Source: Escherichia coli | GTDB lineage: Bacteria; Pseudomonadota; Gammaproteobacteria; Enterobacterales; Enterobacteriaceae | Direction: 5' to 3' (one strand) | NCBI RefSeq assembly: GCF_024502345.1 | Contig: NZ_JALDNN010000001.1 | Length of the DNA stretch: 64,000 bases | Part shown: positions 63,834-64,000 of the stretch, piece by piece | How the letters are laid out: each line of letters opens with the position of its first letter | How positions within the stretch are numbered: the stretch's first letter is position 1 | Notes under the pieces: model-generated | Told to the model about the DNA's origin: nothing | Database searches by the model: none | What the model saw: only the letters and a program-made list of their open reading frames with translations | Position numbers and translations under genes: made by a program

Positions 63834-64000
63834 GCCGCTTCTCCTGCCTTGCGCGCCAGTGACTGGGCCATTTTTTCTGCTGTCGCCAGCGCACTGGAAG
63901 TCATAATGTCGAGGTTGCCCGCATAGGCAGGCAGATAATGCGCTGCGCCTTCGACTTCCAGCCAGACCGCCGTTTTCAGCCCGGAGAACTGACCCACGCC
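63830..64000 (-). CDS. mhpF: acetaldehyde dehydrogenase (acetylating) MhpF, C-terminal part (gene runs off the window end)
   Basis: Minus-strand frame open to the window end, finishing ..LARKAGEAA with a stop overlapping the mhpE ATG; typical mhpF-mhpE coupling. Confidence 0.75.
   Translation of the reverse strand, partial: GVGQFSGLKTAVWLEVEGAAHYLPAYAGNLDIMTSSALATAEKMAQSLARKAGEAA

Noticed and set aside
63084-63926. 280-aa plus-strand ORF
   Set aside because: Antisense to mhpE/mhpF

Overview
This window is an Escherichia coli chromosomal segment, collinear in reverse-complement orientation with the K-12 MG1655 interval from thiL/nusB to mhpE/mhpF. All gene calls rest on the six-frame track plus recalled E. 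coli protein sequences and gene order; no database search was run. It holds about 60 protein-coding genes, including the rib/nusB operon, secDF-yajC-tgt-queA, phoBR-brnQ-proY, sbcDC, the Pho-regulon genes phoA-psiF, aroL-yaiA-aroM, tauABCD, frmRAB and the mhp end. There are no tRNA or rRNA genes, no CRISPR array and no IS, integrase or transposase. REP/BIME repeats lie in several convergent intergenic gaps. The main departure from K-12 is a roughly 7.8 kb strain-specific block at 50067-57859, between tauA and frmR: a UhpA/UhpB/UhpC-like three-component sensor coupled to an AfuABC-type ABC importer. This is the best candidate for the system of interest, though AfuABC-type sugar-phosphate importers are already described in enteric pathogens, to my recollection. 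Other notable points are a translationally coupled two-gene cassette of unknown function at the K-12 ykiA position (26777-27510), a frameshifted yaiT autotransporter gene with no IS3, and an in-frame amber codon in yajD. Start codons were refined where the track ORF begins upstream of the recognised N-terminus.
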